From positions 6,758,001 through 6,822,000 of the forward strand of contig OZ176053.1 of assembly GCA_964247055.1 (NCBI GenBank): DNA of 64,000 nt, read 5' to 3'. The translations under genes and the position numbers were made by a program. Position 1 is the stretch's first letter, and each line of letters begins with the position of its first letter. This document shows, piece after piece, positions 14,198 through 28,328 of this stretch. The notes under the pieces were generated by a model, which saw only the letters and a list, made by a program, of their open reading frames with translations, did no database searches and was not told where the DNA came from. The stretch comes from Paragordius varius. Taxonomy: Eukaryota; Animalia; Nematomorpha.

Positions 14198-15637
14198 GTA
14201 AGTGCGTTTTCTGGAAATTATTTCATAATAAACATAAAACAAAAAGTTAGTTTATAGCTGTTTTCACGGTATGGAGACGAGTTATAGAGATTATAAAATT
14301 TTTTTGCAAGAATTCACAATAGTTATCTGTGCTTGAAACGCTTTAAAATATTTAGCTGCTTCCAATTTTCAGTATTACTCTTTCATGCCCAAATTTCCAA
14401 AATTATTTTACTTTCACATTTTGCAACTATTTATTTTACTATACCCAAGTTGAAAGTTAATTCTGAGATGTAAGGGGTTTATTTTTGATATTTCTAGCAA
14501 CACTATTATATAACTTTTAAAGCGGCTACAAAAGAAAATACACTTTTTATTAATTACATTTGATAATGCGGGTAAAAAACGTGACTTAGTAAAAGGCACT
14601 TGGAGAGAGGAGGAAACATTAGGCGAAGGCGAGTTTCAATTATGATAATGTTCTATTACAAGTCGAAATTTATCTATATACGTATTAATTGCTGATTAAC
14701 TCTGAATTTATTATACTTGCTTGATTTATGATGATCCAAAAACGACCCTGTTTGCGAGATTGTAAATCTCCAATTTTTTGGCCATTTATTAGAAAAATTA
14801 GTTGAAGTAGGTGGAATTAACCTTTTATTCGCATAATATATTTTTACTCTATTAATAAGTTTGTTATCATTTAAAACAATTCCGTTTGTGATTAATTTGT
14901 GGGGTTTGATCTAACGAGATTTTTGTTTTCAATCGATAAAGAGGCCTATTGATTATCCATTTTACCTGAAAACAGTTCCATAACGGTTCTAAAATAGCCG
15001 TAGTGCTTAGCAAGGTTTTTAAAATATAAAATCGGTTTAAATAGTGGCATTTAAAAACGAAAATTCCCCTTTTGTTTGCACCTGTTATGCAGTTTATATG
15101 ATAAACCACATGTAATCCAGGATTCCAGCACAAATGGCTTAGCGAGCCGCATTTTCTAACTAAATTGGTCGCACTAGAATATATGGGAATATATATTATA
15201 TAACATTTAAATATAAGACTGTGAAAAATTAAAAAAACAATATAACTACTATTTACACTAATTTTTGCTAGTATTTGCCTTGGACCTTGATTTTTGAAAA
15301 TTATGGAATTTTGGTTATATTTGTAATTTTTCGAAAATTCGAGGATCGCCTAACATACTCTATCTGGGCACCCGGCTGTAATATTATTTTATCACTAGGT
15401 AAGGTGTAACTAAATAATAAATTGAATAAAATTGATTTTGTATATTTTTGAACAATATGAGTTATTCATTTAATATTGCAAGAACGTAATCATTTATTAC
15501 AGAAAGATATTGTTGGCTTATATTACACCAAATTTTTTACCTTTCAACAAATAATTGTTGGTATGTATAAGCTAAGAAAAAACTAGCTGTATTTTTACTG
15601 CTACTGCCGTAAACCATAATTTTAATTTTATTTTTAG

Positions 15638-15891
15638 ATGATAAAGATTTTGCAGGAAAAAACAATAAAATCACAAAAGCACCCAAATTAAAATGGTTCT
15701 TTGCAACGAGGTTTGAGACTATGGAATACACAAGTTATTTTACTTATTGGCTCAATCAAACATTCACGGAAATTTATTGGAAGTTATACGATCAATCGGG
15801 CAACGTTGATAGAAAATCAAAGAAAAAGAAATTTTTCTCAAAAAAATTAGAAGATAAAATATGGAAAAAAATTAACCCAAAACATCCTTAA
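15638..15891 (+). CDS. Probable terminal exon of the secreted protein (DDKDFAGK...KINPKHP*)
   Basis: Acceptor TTTTATTTTTAG. Its phase-1 start fits the 14197 donor, and it is open for 84 codons to TAA. Intervening exons are possible. Confidence 0.55.
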
Positions 15892-16305
15892 TAATTTATA
15901 TTAGTGTATTTTAATTTATCCATTTTTTTCTAATAAATTTGGGAAATTTTAAGTATAAAGTGCTAAATAGCAAAAATATTTTAGGGTTAAGTTAGCTTAA
16001 AATTTACAGCCTCACGGTAATTATTAAAAAAAATTATCAATTTTTAAAAAGTTGGATTTTTATTTTTCAAAAACTATAATAAGAAAAAATAATGCGGTCA
16101 AGATAAAGTTAATTACTAATTATTCACATTTCTTTTTCTCGTTAAAATTAAGATTCTGTACCAACCATTATAATGGTTTCATTAGTATATATATTAATCG
16201 GCTAAATTTATTACATAAACCAAATAAAATATAAATTTAATATATACTACTTTATAAAACCCAATGTTGAATAAATATAAATGTCACAATGTAAAATGAT
16301 GAGTG

Positions 16306-19300
16306 TCAAAATATCATATATATTAGCGCGGCTTCTTTGGATGTGAGGTTTTGTATTAAATACTCATTATCTAAAAATGTAAATTAAATAAATAAAAAAT
16401 TATAATAAATTAAAGATTAGCGGGAAAAATAACGTAATCGAAATACCGACAAATTGCATTTTGGTGATCTTAAAACATAATAAAATTCTTTGGTCAATTA
16501 TTTTAGAGATATTAGATAGTTTCAAAAGATATTTTTCTAAAGCAGTTATTAATTTTAATAAAAATGCAGGTGTCATATATAATAAAAATTTTATTTTTCT
16601 TTTTAATTAATAAAATATGAAATGAATCAATGAATACAAAAAATGTGCTGTATTGATTTAAATACAGTGGACCACCTGTGAGCTTTTCCCAAGCTAATGC
16701 AAATCAACACTATTCCGAATTTAAAACTAAGTTCTATTTTTAAAATTGGTTAAAATTGATTATACCCACCCTCATTCTCTATGGGTATTTTTAAACTTTT
16801 TTTCATATACATATCCGTAATATACTATTAAATATAATTAAATTAAATAAATAATAAAATATAATATATGATTTCATTAAAAAAGGGTCATAACGCAAAA
16901 TTTATGGCGTGTATTGAGAGGTATCCACTGTACATACTGATAAATTAATTCAAGAAATATAAATTGCTTAAAAATAATTTATAAACCTGGAGGGACAAAC
17001 AAAAAATCTTTTCGCTCCAAGATAGTTTTTGATTTGTTTACAATAGCTAAAACAGTTCCTCGTTCCACTATTATTAGCTATATGTTAAAAATAGTAATAA
17101 ATTTAATATTAAAATAAAAAACTAAAATGAATCCTGAGATAGCATACAAACCGCCATAAAATTCTTATAGTTTTAGAATCAATTAACGACTTAAGTTGCA
17201 AATAGGGTTGCTTTTCTGACTGGTCAAAAAATTACCAGTCTGGCCGCTTATAAATACAGTGATCAATGGTCATAACCAGTTAATATTGCAAATTTAAATA
17301 CCAATATATTGAAAAATTAAAGAAATTATTTTATACCACTAAAAATTTTCTTGACCAAAGCAGTAACCAGCAACATCATAAATAGATTAATACAAAAGTA
17401 GCACTTACTATATTTGTGTTACAAATGGCGATTGGTTTAGCCTTAAATGGCCGTAAAACAAACAATCCGTTTGTTAGATGAGGGTGATCGAAAATTCGGG
17501 TAATGTAATAATCGTCTTGTGGCGTGGCTGGAATAAGCGTTGGTCCTAAACGAATCACTTTGTCAGCGTCCTTATTGTAATGTATGCATTCTAACAACCA
17601 TGCACAATCAATAAAATAATATAATAATTTTTCATTATATTATTGAAAAAAAACACTTGTATATGAATGATTCTCTGCTTATAAAAAGTCATTTAAAACC
17701 AATCGGCACTTAAATCATTTTTGTTGTCTATGGTTACGGTTCTACAAAATTGGACAAAATATTCTAGATTTTTTTGCCAAAAAAATTGGTTTCTTCTCCA
17801 AAGTTTAAAATAGTTGTGTATTCGGTTAAATTTAATACGATAAAAATATAGATATACGCTTAGGTTGTTATTTTTCTAAAAAAATGTATGATTGAAGTAA
17901 TTTAACAAAAATAAAAGATCATAATAAAAATGGCAAAAAAGAAAAAACCATTGTTCCGATCCTTGACAAAAAATGGTTTAAACCGTTATTTCAAAAGATT
18001 TATGCTAATTGTACAAATTATTTACTCATTGCTATAGGGTGTATCCCATTCGACGAAGTATAATTGACTGTAATCATGGCACTTTGGGCATTTGGGATAA
18101 CTATATAAAGGAACAAAGCATGTTATAATAAAATATTAAAAATTATAAAGACAAAACATGAAAATGAGACAATAAAATTATTTTAACCTTGCTAATTAAA
18201 AATTTGAACTAATGTCCTTCTTTTTAAAAAATTTATTGGTATACTTGATAATTTCAATATTTACTGTGTAATATTGTAAAAAATATATCTTAAAAAAGTG
18301 AAGATCAAATACAAAATCTACATACCAATTTGATTATTGCGATCGATTTGTAGTTTAACGTCATACTTGGTAGCTATATCATTGATGGCTCGTTTAAGCC
18401 TTTTCCTTTTACGACGTTTTCGTTGACTCAACTCTTCAAGCGTTATAAGGTTCGGTTCTTCTTGCAGTTCATCATCATCATAATTTGGGTCATTATTACA
18501 ATGTTTGTTGTTGGGATTTCTATGCATTATTTTTCTGGTCCTTTTTTGTGTTGTGACGGAATTATTTATACTTCCATTGATATCATCATCTGAATAATTG
18601 GATGAGCGTGTGTTGTTAATGTTTTCGCCCAGAACGGACGAGTACTGTGAATATGAAGAACTAATAGAGTAGGCATTGGAATCCGTGTACGTTGAATCAA
18701 AAGAGTTTGAACCAGTCTCATCACTATTATTTTGTTGTGATGGCTCAATCATGGATATAATTTCAAGGTCCTCATCAGCAACATGATTAGACCTTTGTTG
18801 TTGCTTATTAATGAAAACACTTTGTTGACGCTTTAATTCTTTTGACCGCTGTGCGCCATCTCTTTTATGAATTTCTTGTTGTTTAGTTGCTTGTGTTTGT
18901 CGGTTAGAAGATGAAAGATACTCATCTCTGCTTATACTTGATTCATCAAATGATAAACGACTTAAATCTCCCCAATGATTATCATCACCATTATTACCAA
19001 AATTTGGATTATTGCTCTGTTTTTTAGGGGTGTTATTATTATTATTATGTGCAAAACGGTGTTTTTCATTTCGTGTCATATTATTAAAGGTGCTCGCTAA
19101 AAATTGAGCCGTTTTCATGTATAGCTCTTTGGGTGTCGAAAATTTTCTAATGACAATGTGTAAAAAAACCCTTAAGTAAAAAATTGTCCTATTCTAAATT
19201 AATAATTAATTATATGATAAATGTACCGAAAAAATGAAAGATTATACTTTAATTCCTTTTTATCCCGGTTTCTATCTCGTCGTTTAGTGAAGAGCTCATC

Positions 19301-21515
19301 AATTTTCGTTCGAAAATCGTATTCATCGAGTGAGTCCAGCAAATCGTCTATATCTACACTTTTTTCTTTTTGTAATCTTTGACCTGTAGATAATGTTTCA
19401 CTTTTTCTTGCATAAGTTATCATATTTTCTCTGTAGTTAGAAAAATTATATTTATGAATATATGATTACTCTCGATATTTTGATATGAAAAATAATCTAG
19501 TTATACTTATATTAAATGATACCCAAAACATTAGATCAAGTTACAAGTCATTTTTTCCCCAAAAAAATATAAAACCTCCAAATTCTTAAACAACCAATTT
19601 AGAATATACAAAAGAAAAATAATATAAACTTTTAACAGACCTAGATAAAAATATTTAAATTATAGTCTTGTCTATATGGATACAACACAATATTTAAAAA
19701 CAAAAAGTTATTATTAGTAATAATCACAAGTTAATTTGATGTACAAATCCATAAAATTTGACATATTGACAAACACATAAGGCAAAACCTAACATATAAT
19801 CTCCTAAAAAATAAATGATAACGATGTCTGCTTATTCAGAACATCAAAAAAATTATTAACGAAGGCACACAAATCAACCTTAATATATTTGAATATTCGT
19901 AAATTAATTTAAATACATACTTTGGTTTAGATATATTTGATGACGACTTAGTTCTTGATTTTTCCATTATCCTTATGGATTTAGGAGTGTCGGCTTTCTG
20001 AGTTTCCCTCTAAAAACGAAATTAAATGTTGATAAGACCCATTTAAATAAAAAGACTATATTCATATACACTTTTTATTTATTGTTTTCAATATTATTAC
20101 AGATGTATAATTAAAATCCAGCCGTTTGTAGCTAGAAAAGGTATAGCAAAAACATTGAGAGTAAGTTGTTTATGGTTTTATAGTCAAATTATTTTTAGAT
20201 GAAAGATAAATCTATAAAAAATTAGTTTTCAAAAAGTAAAGAGGTACTCGTAAATTTAAAAAACTATGTATATAACAAAATTAAATTCTCCATAACTAAT
20301 TTTATTATTTTTAATTGGTATTTTAAAAATTTCCTGACATAGAATAAACCTTCTTTTAATTTTGTCATTATAACCATATTTTTTACCATTCGGTGCATTA
20401 TATTTAGACAATTTTGTTCAGATGCCAAATCTAATATTATCCCCTTAAATATGATTAATAAATGTTTTAAAATAAATAGACAATGTTTTTGCAACCAACT
20501 ATGCACAGTTAATTAAAACAAAAAATATAAAGATAATTACATAACGTGAGGATTCAATATTTTTCCCATGGCTAGCGAAATAGTCATCAAGTTTACGGGC
20601 GGCATCTTTGATAGAATTCCTTAACTTTTCGTTCGATGTTGGAACAACGGAGCTGCTGTTTGTTGCATCTGTCCTTGATTTTACAGGATTTCGATTGTTT
20701 AAAGAAGGATAGATATTGATGTTATTTATTGTTTTGGCAATCGTGTCATATGTAATGTTTTGACACTCTACATTCAGATCATATATAATTACTATCTATA
20801 AAAAAGATTCATGGATAAAACGTGACAAATATATGGCAATCATAATGAATGAAATAATAATTAGGTATATATTTATCACACAAACTATAATACTGAAAAT
20901 TGGCATGTACCATAAATTATAATATTTTACACTTATCTCTGGTAAAATTTATAAATCTATTAAATTAATTGCTAAAGCACCAAATTTTAGGTTATTCAAA
21001 TCTCCAAATCTAAAAGCCTCATTTTTTGCGGCACCATGATATAAATAATAATATTATGGAATATCATTCATTCAAACACAAAAGATATGTAAATCAAACC
21101 TGACGTTTCCCGAAACGTGCTGGATATAGTTTGCCCTTCTTCATTGTCTTTATTGTTCTCAATACCTACTTTTTCTGTCGTGATTGCTTGTTGGTTTTGC
21201 TCAGAAGCCTGAGATATTATAGGGGGAGATGGTATGATAACTCTTTCAATAGAAGAAGAACGATAATCATCGGCTTGTGAGCATTCCAGGGTCGGAGAGT
21301 AATTAATATCGCCAGGAGGTAGTGCAATGGTGTTAATTGGCTATACATATACATTAGGTACTTGATAAAAATTAACATATATTGATAAACATCTCTTTAT
21401 GCGATATAGAAGACCGCACAAAAACAAATAATCATAATTGTTTGGTGTAAAAAAACATTTTTTCTGTGCGAAAAAAATTTCCATAAATATAAGGAAATAA
21501 GCATGATTACTTGTG

Positions 21516-21555
<40 letters not shown>

Positions 21556-24500
21556 TGCATACAGAAAAATGTTATTAAATGATATAAATTGATTTATTTA
21601 TTTGGAGTATAGCGATTTCATTGAACTTTTAAGCCTTTGTATACCATTAAAGCATTATATTTTTCGGTGAAACCCCTTTTAGCGGTAAGCTTCTTTTATG
21701 TGTTTTTTGTTAGACCTTTTTACCTCTGATTGTGCGATTTAGATTTTATTAACATTTTGTGCGAATGTCAAGAGGCCCTTTAGGTATTTTTTGATAGGTT
21801 ATTTTTCGCTTTTTGTCTACTGTTTTAGTCTGTTAAAATTAATTGCAATGTCTAGTCATATTAACTGCAGTTTAAGAAAGTTTGATGCCCAAAAACCAGA
21901 ATCTTTCGGGTTCGAAAATAAGTCAAAAAATGGAATAATAGATGTTTTTTCATTCATCGAATTGTATAAGTTGTATTTATATATTGGAGAAATTCTATAC
22001 TACTTTCGCTTTGGTGCAAATCCTCAAGAACTTTTTATTTATATAAGGCTATTCTCAAAATTACAAATTTTTATGATTCCATTTAATGTCAAAATGGGAT
22101 TTTTTTATTCTTGTAAGTCCAACTTGGACCCCTTTAAAAAATGTAAAATCTTTACCGGTCATAACTTGCGCGATTATCCCTAATCGTATCAGCTAATAAA
22201 ATTTAGATCACGCATTTTACTCAATGCATTTATATGCAACCTAATGTCATATATAATGCAATTTCGTGATTTGGCTAATGGCATTTAAACTATGTTTTGG
22301 TATTTTACGCTATTTATTGTGATAATTTTTATCCCAAAGTCTTTAGCTATTAAATGATAAATTAATAAACATTTATTTTTTTATCCCCATTATATGAATC
22401 TACCTCTTTGTGTATAGGTGTCATTTGAGATTGGTTTCGTTGAATATCTATAATAGTAGGTTGGACATCCGAATTGGCAGGAATACCATTTAATGTTAAA
22501 TTGCATTGTAATGTGGGATTGTTAGTGGGAACGTTGTCATGGTTGTGTTGTTGTGATGAGATGCGGGCAGCTTTAACGTATGGCGTAGATGTTAAATTAT
22601 TTTTATTTGGGATTTGAAAGGTCGTGTTGAGTAGATTATTATTGGTTTCTAAGGGAATTTTTTCTGCAAAAAATTAATACATAAATTTATACCAAATATT
22701 AATATATTTACATTATTTTAGTGTGCGATAAATGGTAAAAAATAATTTTAACCCAACGTTTTGAAAAATGGAGAGAATATGTTTTATTAAATTCCAAATT
22801 ATTTTAAATAATTGTATGTAATTAATTGTGATGATATTCAAGACTGATTTTTTGCATTTTATCTTTTTTGGTTGATGAAATGAGATTTTAATAAAAATTT
22901 ATAAAAAAAATAATTAAGCCCTATTATCACCATTTCTTATTATAAATGGATATATAAATAGATACTGTTTAAAGACCAGATATTATGTGATGTGAGAAAA
23001 TTAAATTATTGTTGATATTCGGTTGATTATTTTATAAGCCAAAATTTTAATTAGTACTTAAAATAAATTTAATATATTTTCTAATAACCAAACGTATTAA
23101 ACTAAATATTTTTCAATTAATCTTGGAATATATCCTGAAAAACAGATCTATCAGCATATTTCAAAGTGCAGGTGTTAACAAATATATATTGCTAGTTTTT
23201 GATTAAAATTTGCCAAATAGCATTTACAGTAGGGATAAATTTAGTGGTTGAAAGGAAAAAAAAGAAATAAGGTCAAATTTAAGCCAATCACATCGCTATT
23301 TTGTATAAATTCAATCTGTTATAAATAAATTAGAACTAGTAATGTACATTACTCACACTACAATAATTTATATTAATTTTTTTTACAAATTATACCTTTG
23401 GGTTGATTTATAGGTGGACTTTTATCATGTTTTGCATTGGTTGAATGATGATTCACCATGGAGGGAATAGTATTATCGTCACTTTCAATGGAAAAAACAT
23501 CAAAGAAATCTGGCAAGTCATTTGAAAAGGGCGTGATTGCATTTTTCTTTGGCTTATGCATTTTTCTACTGTTTTGAGAATCTTTGGTGTTTTTGTTGTG
23601 ATTAACAACCGTGTGTTTCCTATGCTTAGATTTTGTGGAATGTTTTGTTGAACTATTTTGTGATTCCTTTGACAAATATTCTAAACGCATTTTTATAAAT
23701 ATATTATTTAATAAACTGCAAGCAATGACATAACACCTAATATAGCCTTTTGGTTGTTAAATTGGTTATAAGTATAAAACTTTTGCAAGATAATGATAAA
23801 AATTTGCAACTTTGAAAATAATATATTTAAAAAATGGTAAAGCTGTTAACTCATACATGTACTCTTTGGAAAATATAAATTTTTGCCTACAATTTATATA
23901 CAACTAACTCATAATATATTAATAATTGATTTTAAACTAGGGAAAGTTGATGCTTCAATGTAACGAAAGATGCTAAATCATGATTTAATTAAAGAATTAT
24001 AAAATGCTCCCATAAAAAAATAATTTTGATACATTTTGAGATTATTTAAACAAGCATAAAATGATTGCATTGGCTTTAAGGAGGTGTTTTGGGCTTTTAC
24101 ACATTCAACAAAATATATTTAAATCAAGCCTTTTTATTTCAAACGATATTTAATAATTTATATTTTTATATATTACTTTTGTAAGGTCGTATAACTTTAT
24201 GTGAAGGCTGACTATCAAGAGTTGATTTATTTTCTTTGGTTTGATGTTTGGTATGATTTTGCCTATTTTCCTTGTGGTGATTGGAGCCGAATCGTAACCT
24301 GTGCGATTTCCTGGTGGAAACGCTCCCTATTTCATCTTGATCTTAAGAATTAATAATAAAATATTGTTTTTAATTTCAAAAAGGGAATTTATATTTTAAG
24401 GATAATAATAGGATATTAAAATAATAATTTACCTCAGCGCCAATTATGAATAGGTTAAGGGCAGATTTTTTATTGCAAGCCAATCATAAAACTTTTTATA

Positions 24501-25678
24501 TAATTATTGAAGTTATAGTAAATTACAAAAAATGCATGGAATGGCTTTACACTATTCAGTTTAGAATAAACAAAAGTTTATTTGATCAACTAAATTATAA
24601 AAATGTAAAATTGGATAATTAAAACTCAAAGCCAGACTGTCTTTTAATTAAGATACAGGATCATTTCTGTAGTGTGATAAGTGCTGAGCTACACCAAGCT
24701 TACTAGTTACTTTTTAATTAAATTAAACTTTTTAACAAACCTTAAAAAATTATAAATTAAATTGGAATTATATAACGACTATATTAAAATGGCTTTAATG
24801 AATTTTTTTAATATCATTAAAATGCATAAATCAAATGTTAACCTCAGGTCCTTAATATTCAATCGCTAAAAATTTAAATAAAAATTCTCATTTTAAAATA
24901 ATTTCACTTAAAAATAAATATTTTTACAAATTCCCCTACAATATCAAATTATGTATTTTAAAAGTGAGGAAATATTGGTGTCCTATTAATTTTTGAAATT
25001 TTTTGGATAAAAATATATTAACAAAATTTTTGACCTTTTAAAATAAAAGAGAAGAGCTTATTGAACGCAAGAAATGGAAAGATTATATATTGTCGAACAA
25101 ATAAATATACTATGACAAATATATAAAAAAATTCATATATTAAAATTGTATACCTTCAAAAATCAGCACATGTTTTTCTATATTTTGAGCAAAATCTATC
25201 ATATCTTTTCTTGGATACAAAACTAGTTTTAATAATTCTCTATTCATTTTTGGTTTCTTTATTTTTTCTTTTTTGTTATCTGCTGCTAGTTTTGGTAAGT
25301 GATTTTGTTTTTCCAAATTATCAAACGTTAAATGCGACATGTTTATAACATTATTTGGTTTTGAAGGTAAATCAGTGGGTGGAGATTTTTCTATACTGTA
25401 AACAATTTAAATACCCGCAACCATGTTTGGAGTTACGGTATTCCCAGTAGGCTCTGGTTCCTTACTAATTTGGTTGTCTTTGTTGGCAATTTCACTAGTG
25501 TTAGTAGCTATTTCTTTTAATTTATGGTATTTGCGCATTGAATAAGATTGGGGAGACGTATTTTTCCCATTTATTTTGGATGACCTATAAATTAAAATAT
25601 AATTAACGTGTTGCTTTTGCCAGAAGATTTAGTAAAATCGTCAGAGCTTGCAGTCAAATCATAACGAAGAAATCTCAT
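16306..25678 (-). CDS. CENPC: CENP-C/Mif2-like protein: long disordered N-terminus plus C-terminal cupin domain
   Basis: Phase-consistent exons: 25678-25608, 25584-25415, 25390-25154, 24341-24177, 23680-23396, 22663-22404, 21340-21100, 20791-20541, 20009-19921, 19430-19248, 19146-18326, 18100-18026, 17590-17409, 17077-16987, 16370-16306. The C-terminus IFDHPHLTNGLFVLRPFKAK...LIIVERGTVLAIVNKSKTILERKDFLFVPPDNEYLIQNLTSKEAALIYMIF aligns by eye to the human CENP-C cupin (LDTPFFSTGKLILGPQEEK...FYVPSGNYYNIKNLRNEESVLLF). The first two exons and the 18326-17590 linkage are less certain. Confidence 0.7.
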
Positions 25679-27530
25679 TTCCCCAATCAGACAATATTCA
25701 AATTTTAGGGGGAAAACTATTATTCACTAAGAACACATGTAAGCAAGTGAATTATGAAAATTACGGTGTTTTTATTTTCACCTTATTTATTTTTAACGCT
25801 TTATATTTCATAAAATAAATACTTTTTTTCTTATTTTCTAAAAATATATTAATCCAAAATAATAGTTATGCATAATGAAAGCAATTATTTTTTAACCTTC
25901 TGAACTAAAGTATTCTAATTTGTGTCTTCTAACAATTTATTATTTAGGGTGTTTTACTACCGCCAGGCAATATTAAATAACAGCATATAAAAAACTATGA
26001 TACTGAGCCAAATACAAAAGATTCGTTATATGCCCTTTGATGCGCAATAAGCGCAAAATATTTAGGGTATAAAATATATCCTGATATAATATTTATATGT
26101 TGATAAAAAATATACCTAGATTAATATGATTCTTATAGTTTCGGCTTTAAGTGCTTTATAAAATCATACCATATTTGTTTAAATTGCTTGATATATGAAT
26201 TGAGCCTAATTTGGCAAATAATTTTTTTTGAGAAAGCTAAATGTTTCACCCAAATATTTACCACTAAAATATATCTTTAACTATATATGTAAGAACTTAA
26301 CAATATTAGTAATAAAAATTTTAAATTGTTCCCGAAAAATTCGAAACATCTTAAATGAATTAGTCTTAAAGGACGCAAAACTGCTTGTGCGGTGAGCATT
26401 TTAACCAACATTACGATTTAAAAGATAAATATAAAGTTCACAAGGTGATTTTGGTCCTTGGTTTTATGATTAACAAAAGATTTTCACATTGATAATTGAT
26501 TAATATGAAAAAGCAATATTTGCGCATATCAGTTAAATATTTTGTTTCAATGTTTCACAAAAGCTTAAAAACTTAACTTATAGCAAATATTGTCGAGGCG
26601 TACTTCTTATTTTGAGTCATGATGAACGGTATAGCAATTGAGAATTATATAAACAATTTTACTATATAATTCGATGATATATATCAGCTCAGAGGTTTAG
26701 TTTAAAGGTTCGCTTGCTTTTAAATTTGAGTAAATATTTTTTAAAAAATCAAATTTTATTTAATATAAATTTTCGCACGTAATACTTTTGAAATTCTTAG
26801 GTAAAAGTAATGTTCAGCATCATTTAATTATGTAGAAAACGGTACTTTTATAATCTAAACGTTTTTATACCGTTTCTATCATGCTTAAAATTGCATGATT
26901 AGGCTCCAACAAAATTGGTTATAAATTAAATTTTTAAGCAAACTGTTTATTTTTTTGGCATTTTTGATTTCAAAATTTAACATACATTTATAATTTTGTC
27001 GCGCAATCTCAGCTTTTTCGAGTTTATTTTAAGAGATCTAAGCCATTAGCGGCCAATAATTTAAGACTTTAGGTGTCCACATCTAGAAATTAAAATTTCA
27101 AAAATTTAGTTTTGCTTTTAATATATGGTTTGTGATATTTTTAGCGATAATTTAATCAGGCATTTAGCTTTAACAAAAAATATTTATTTACTAAATGCTC
27201 ATTTGCCAATATGAATGCCCAGTTACAATAAAAGCAATATTTTCTTATATCATCAGAGACCAGAGCACTGTACTAACCTTGATACATTTTTATATCACAA
27301 AATTTATATTTTATTATGGTATTTTGTATTAGCACTAATTACCAATAAAAATATTCTCATAAACCCTAAATTTAATTTTTTTTAAATAGCTAAAAAATTT
27401 TGCAAATAAATGCCCATTATGGTTAAAAATAAATAATCCTAAAATATTCATTATAGTAGGCAAAATTTTAATTATTAATTGATAACTAATATTAATAAAT
27501 ATAAGTGATATCTAGAGCTTGACTTTAGAT

Positions 27531-28028
27531 CAGGGGTATTATCATGCGGCCCCTGCTGGATGCCAACCTCCAAAAAAGGTTTATGGCCGAGAAAAATTTT
27601 AAAAAAAACAATTTAAATATTATCTTAGAATCATAATATATATTATAAAATATTATTTTTTAATAATTTGTTAAAAATTATATCTATTTGTTTATTGAAA
27701 TCACCAATTGTTCGGCAAAGTATTATTTAAGGCGGCGTTAAATATTTATATACCTCTTATTACACATAAATTGGATTTCGTTAAATATTCTTTTGAAAAT
27801 AAATATTATTCATTGAAAATTTTTTTAGAGTAAAACTGTAATTATCATCTGCAAATCTTTAACGGGAAATTTTATATTTAATGTATCGTGATCGTTAATT
27901 TTTTACAGTTCCTTTGTAAGATAATAAAATATGAATTGATCTCCATTTATTATTATTTTTTCAATTCGACCCGTTAAATTTTTATGATGAAAAATGAGGC
28001 CCACGGCAATCTGTGTTGAACACCCCTA
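27531..28028. mobile_element. hAT-type MITE
   Basis: Imperfect TIRs CAGGGGTATTATCA...TGTTGAACACCCCTA with GC-rich subterminal motifs like the other hAT MITEs here. No clean TSD. Confidence 0.5.
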
Positions 28029-28241
28029 TTTAACCTATTACAATTGTGTTACCAATTTACATCTCCATTCTATATTTCGCAACCCAAAATGATGAGGTAT
28101 ATTCAAAAAAAAATTAATTTAAAAATATCGTCTTTATAAAAAATAACTTTTTCTTATTTAAATTTTTATTCAGTTACGCTTCCAACCAGTTTTTTTACAA
28201 AGGTTGTTTAACCACTCTCTCAAATGTGTTTACGAATTTTA

Positions 28242-28282
<41 letters not shown>

Positions 28283-28328
28283 AAACCCAAATTTTAAATT
28301 TTCTATATTTTAATATATCTTTTAAAGC

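Noticed and set aside
14523-14630. KGTWREEE resembles the galectin WGxEER motif
   Set aside because: No HFNPR motif or joinable exons were found, and the match is too short.
17580-17620. DCAWLLECI resembles a BRCT C-terminal signature
   Set aside because: Most of this stretch lies upstream of the acceptor at 17591 and is intronic. The exon downstream is part of the cupin region.
18005-18025. Possible 21-nt intron GTAAATAATTTGTACAATTAG
   Set aside because: Splicing it leads to an immediate stop before the cupin. Splicing 18026 to 17590 gives a continuous frame.
25391-25414. In-frame TAA inside long open frames (here and near 17630), suggesting stop-codon reassignment
   Set aside because: Long confident exons (5470-6529, 12676-14197, 19146-18326) contain no TAA across about 1,100 codons of AT-rich sequence. 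MANF, PDCD6 and Tbx20 all end in TAA. Introns explain the cases.
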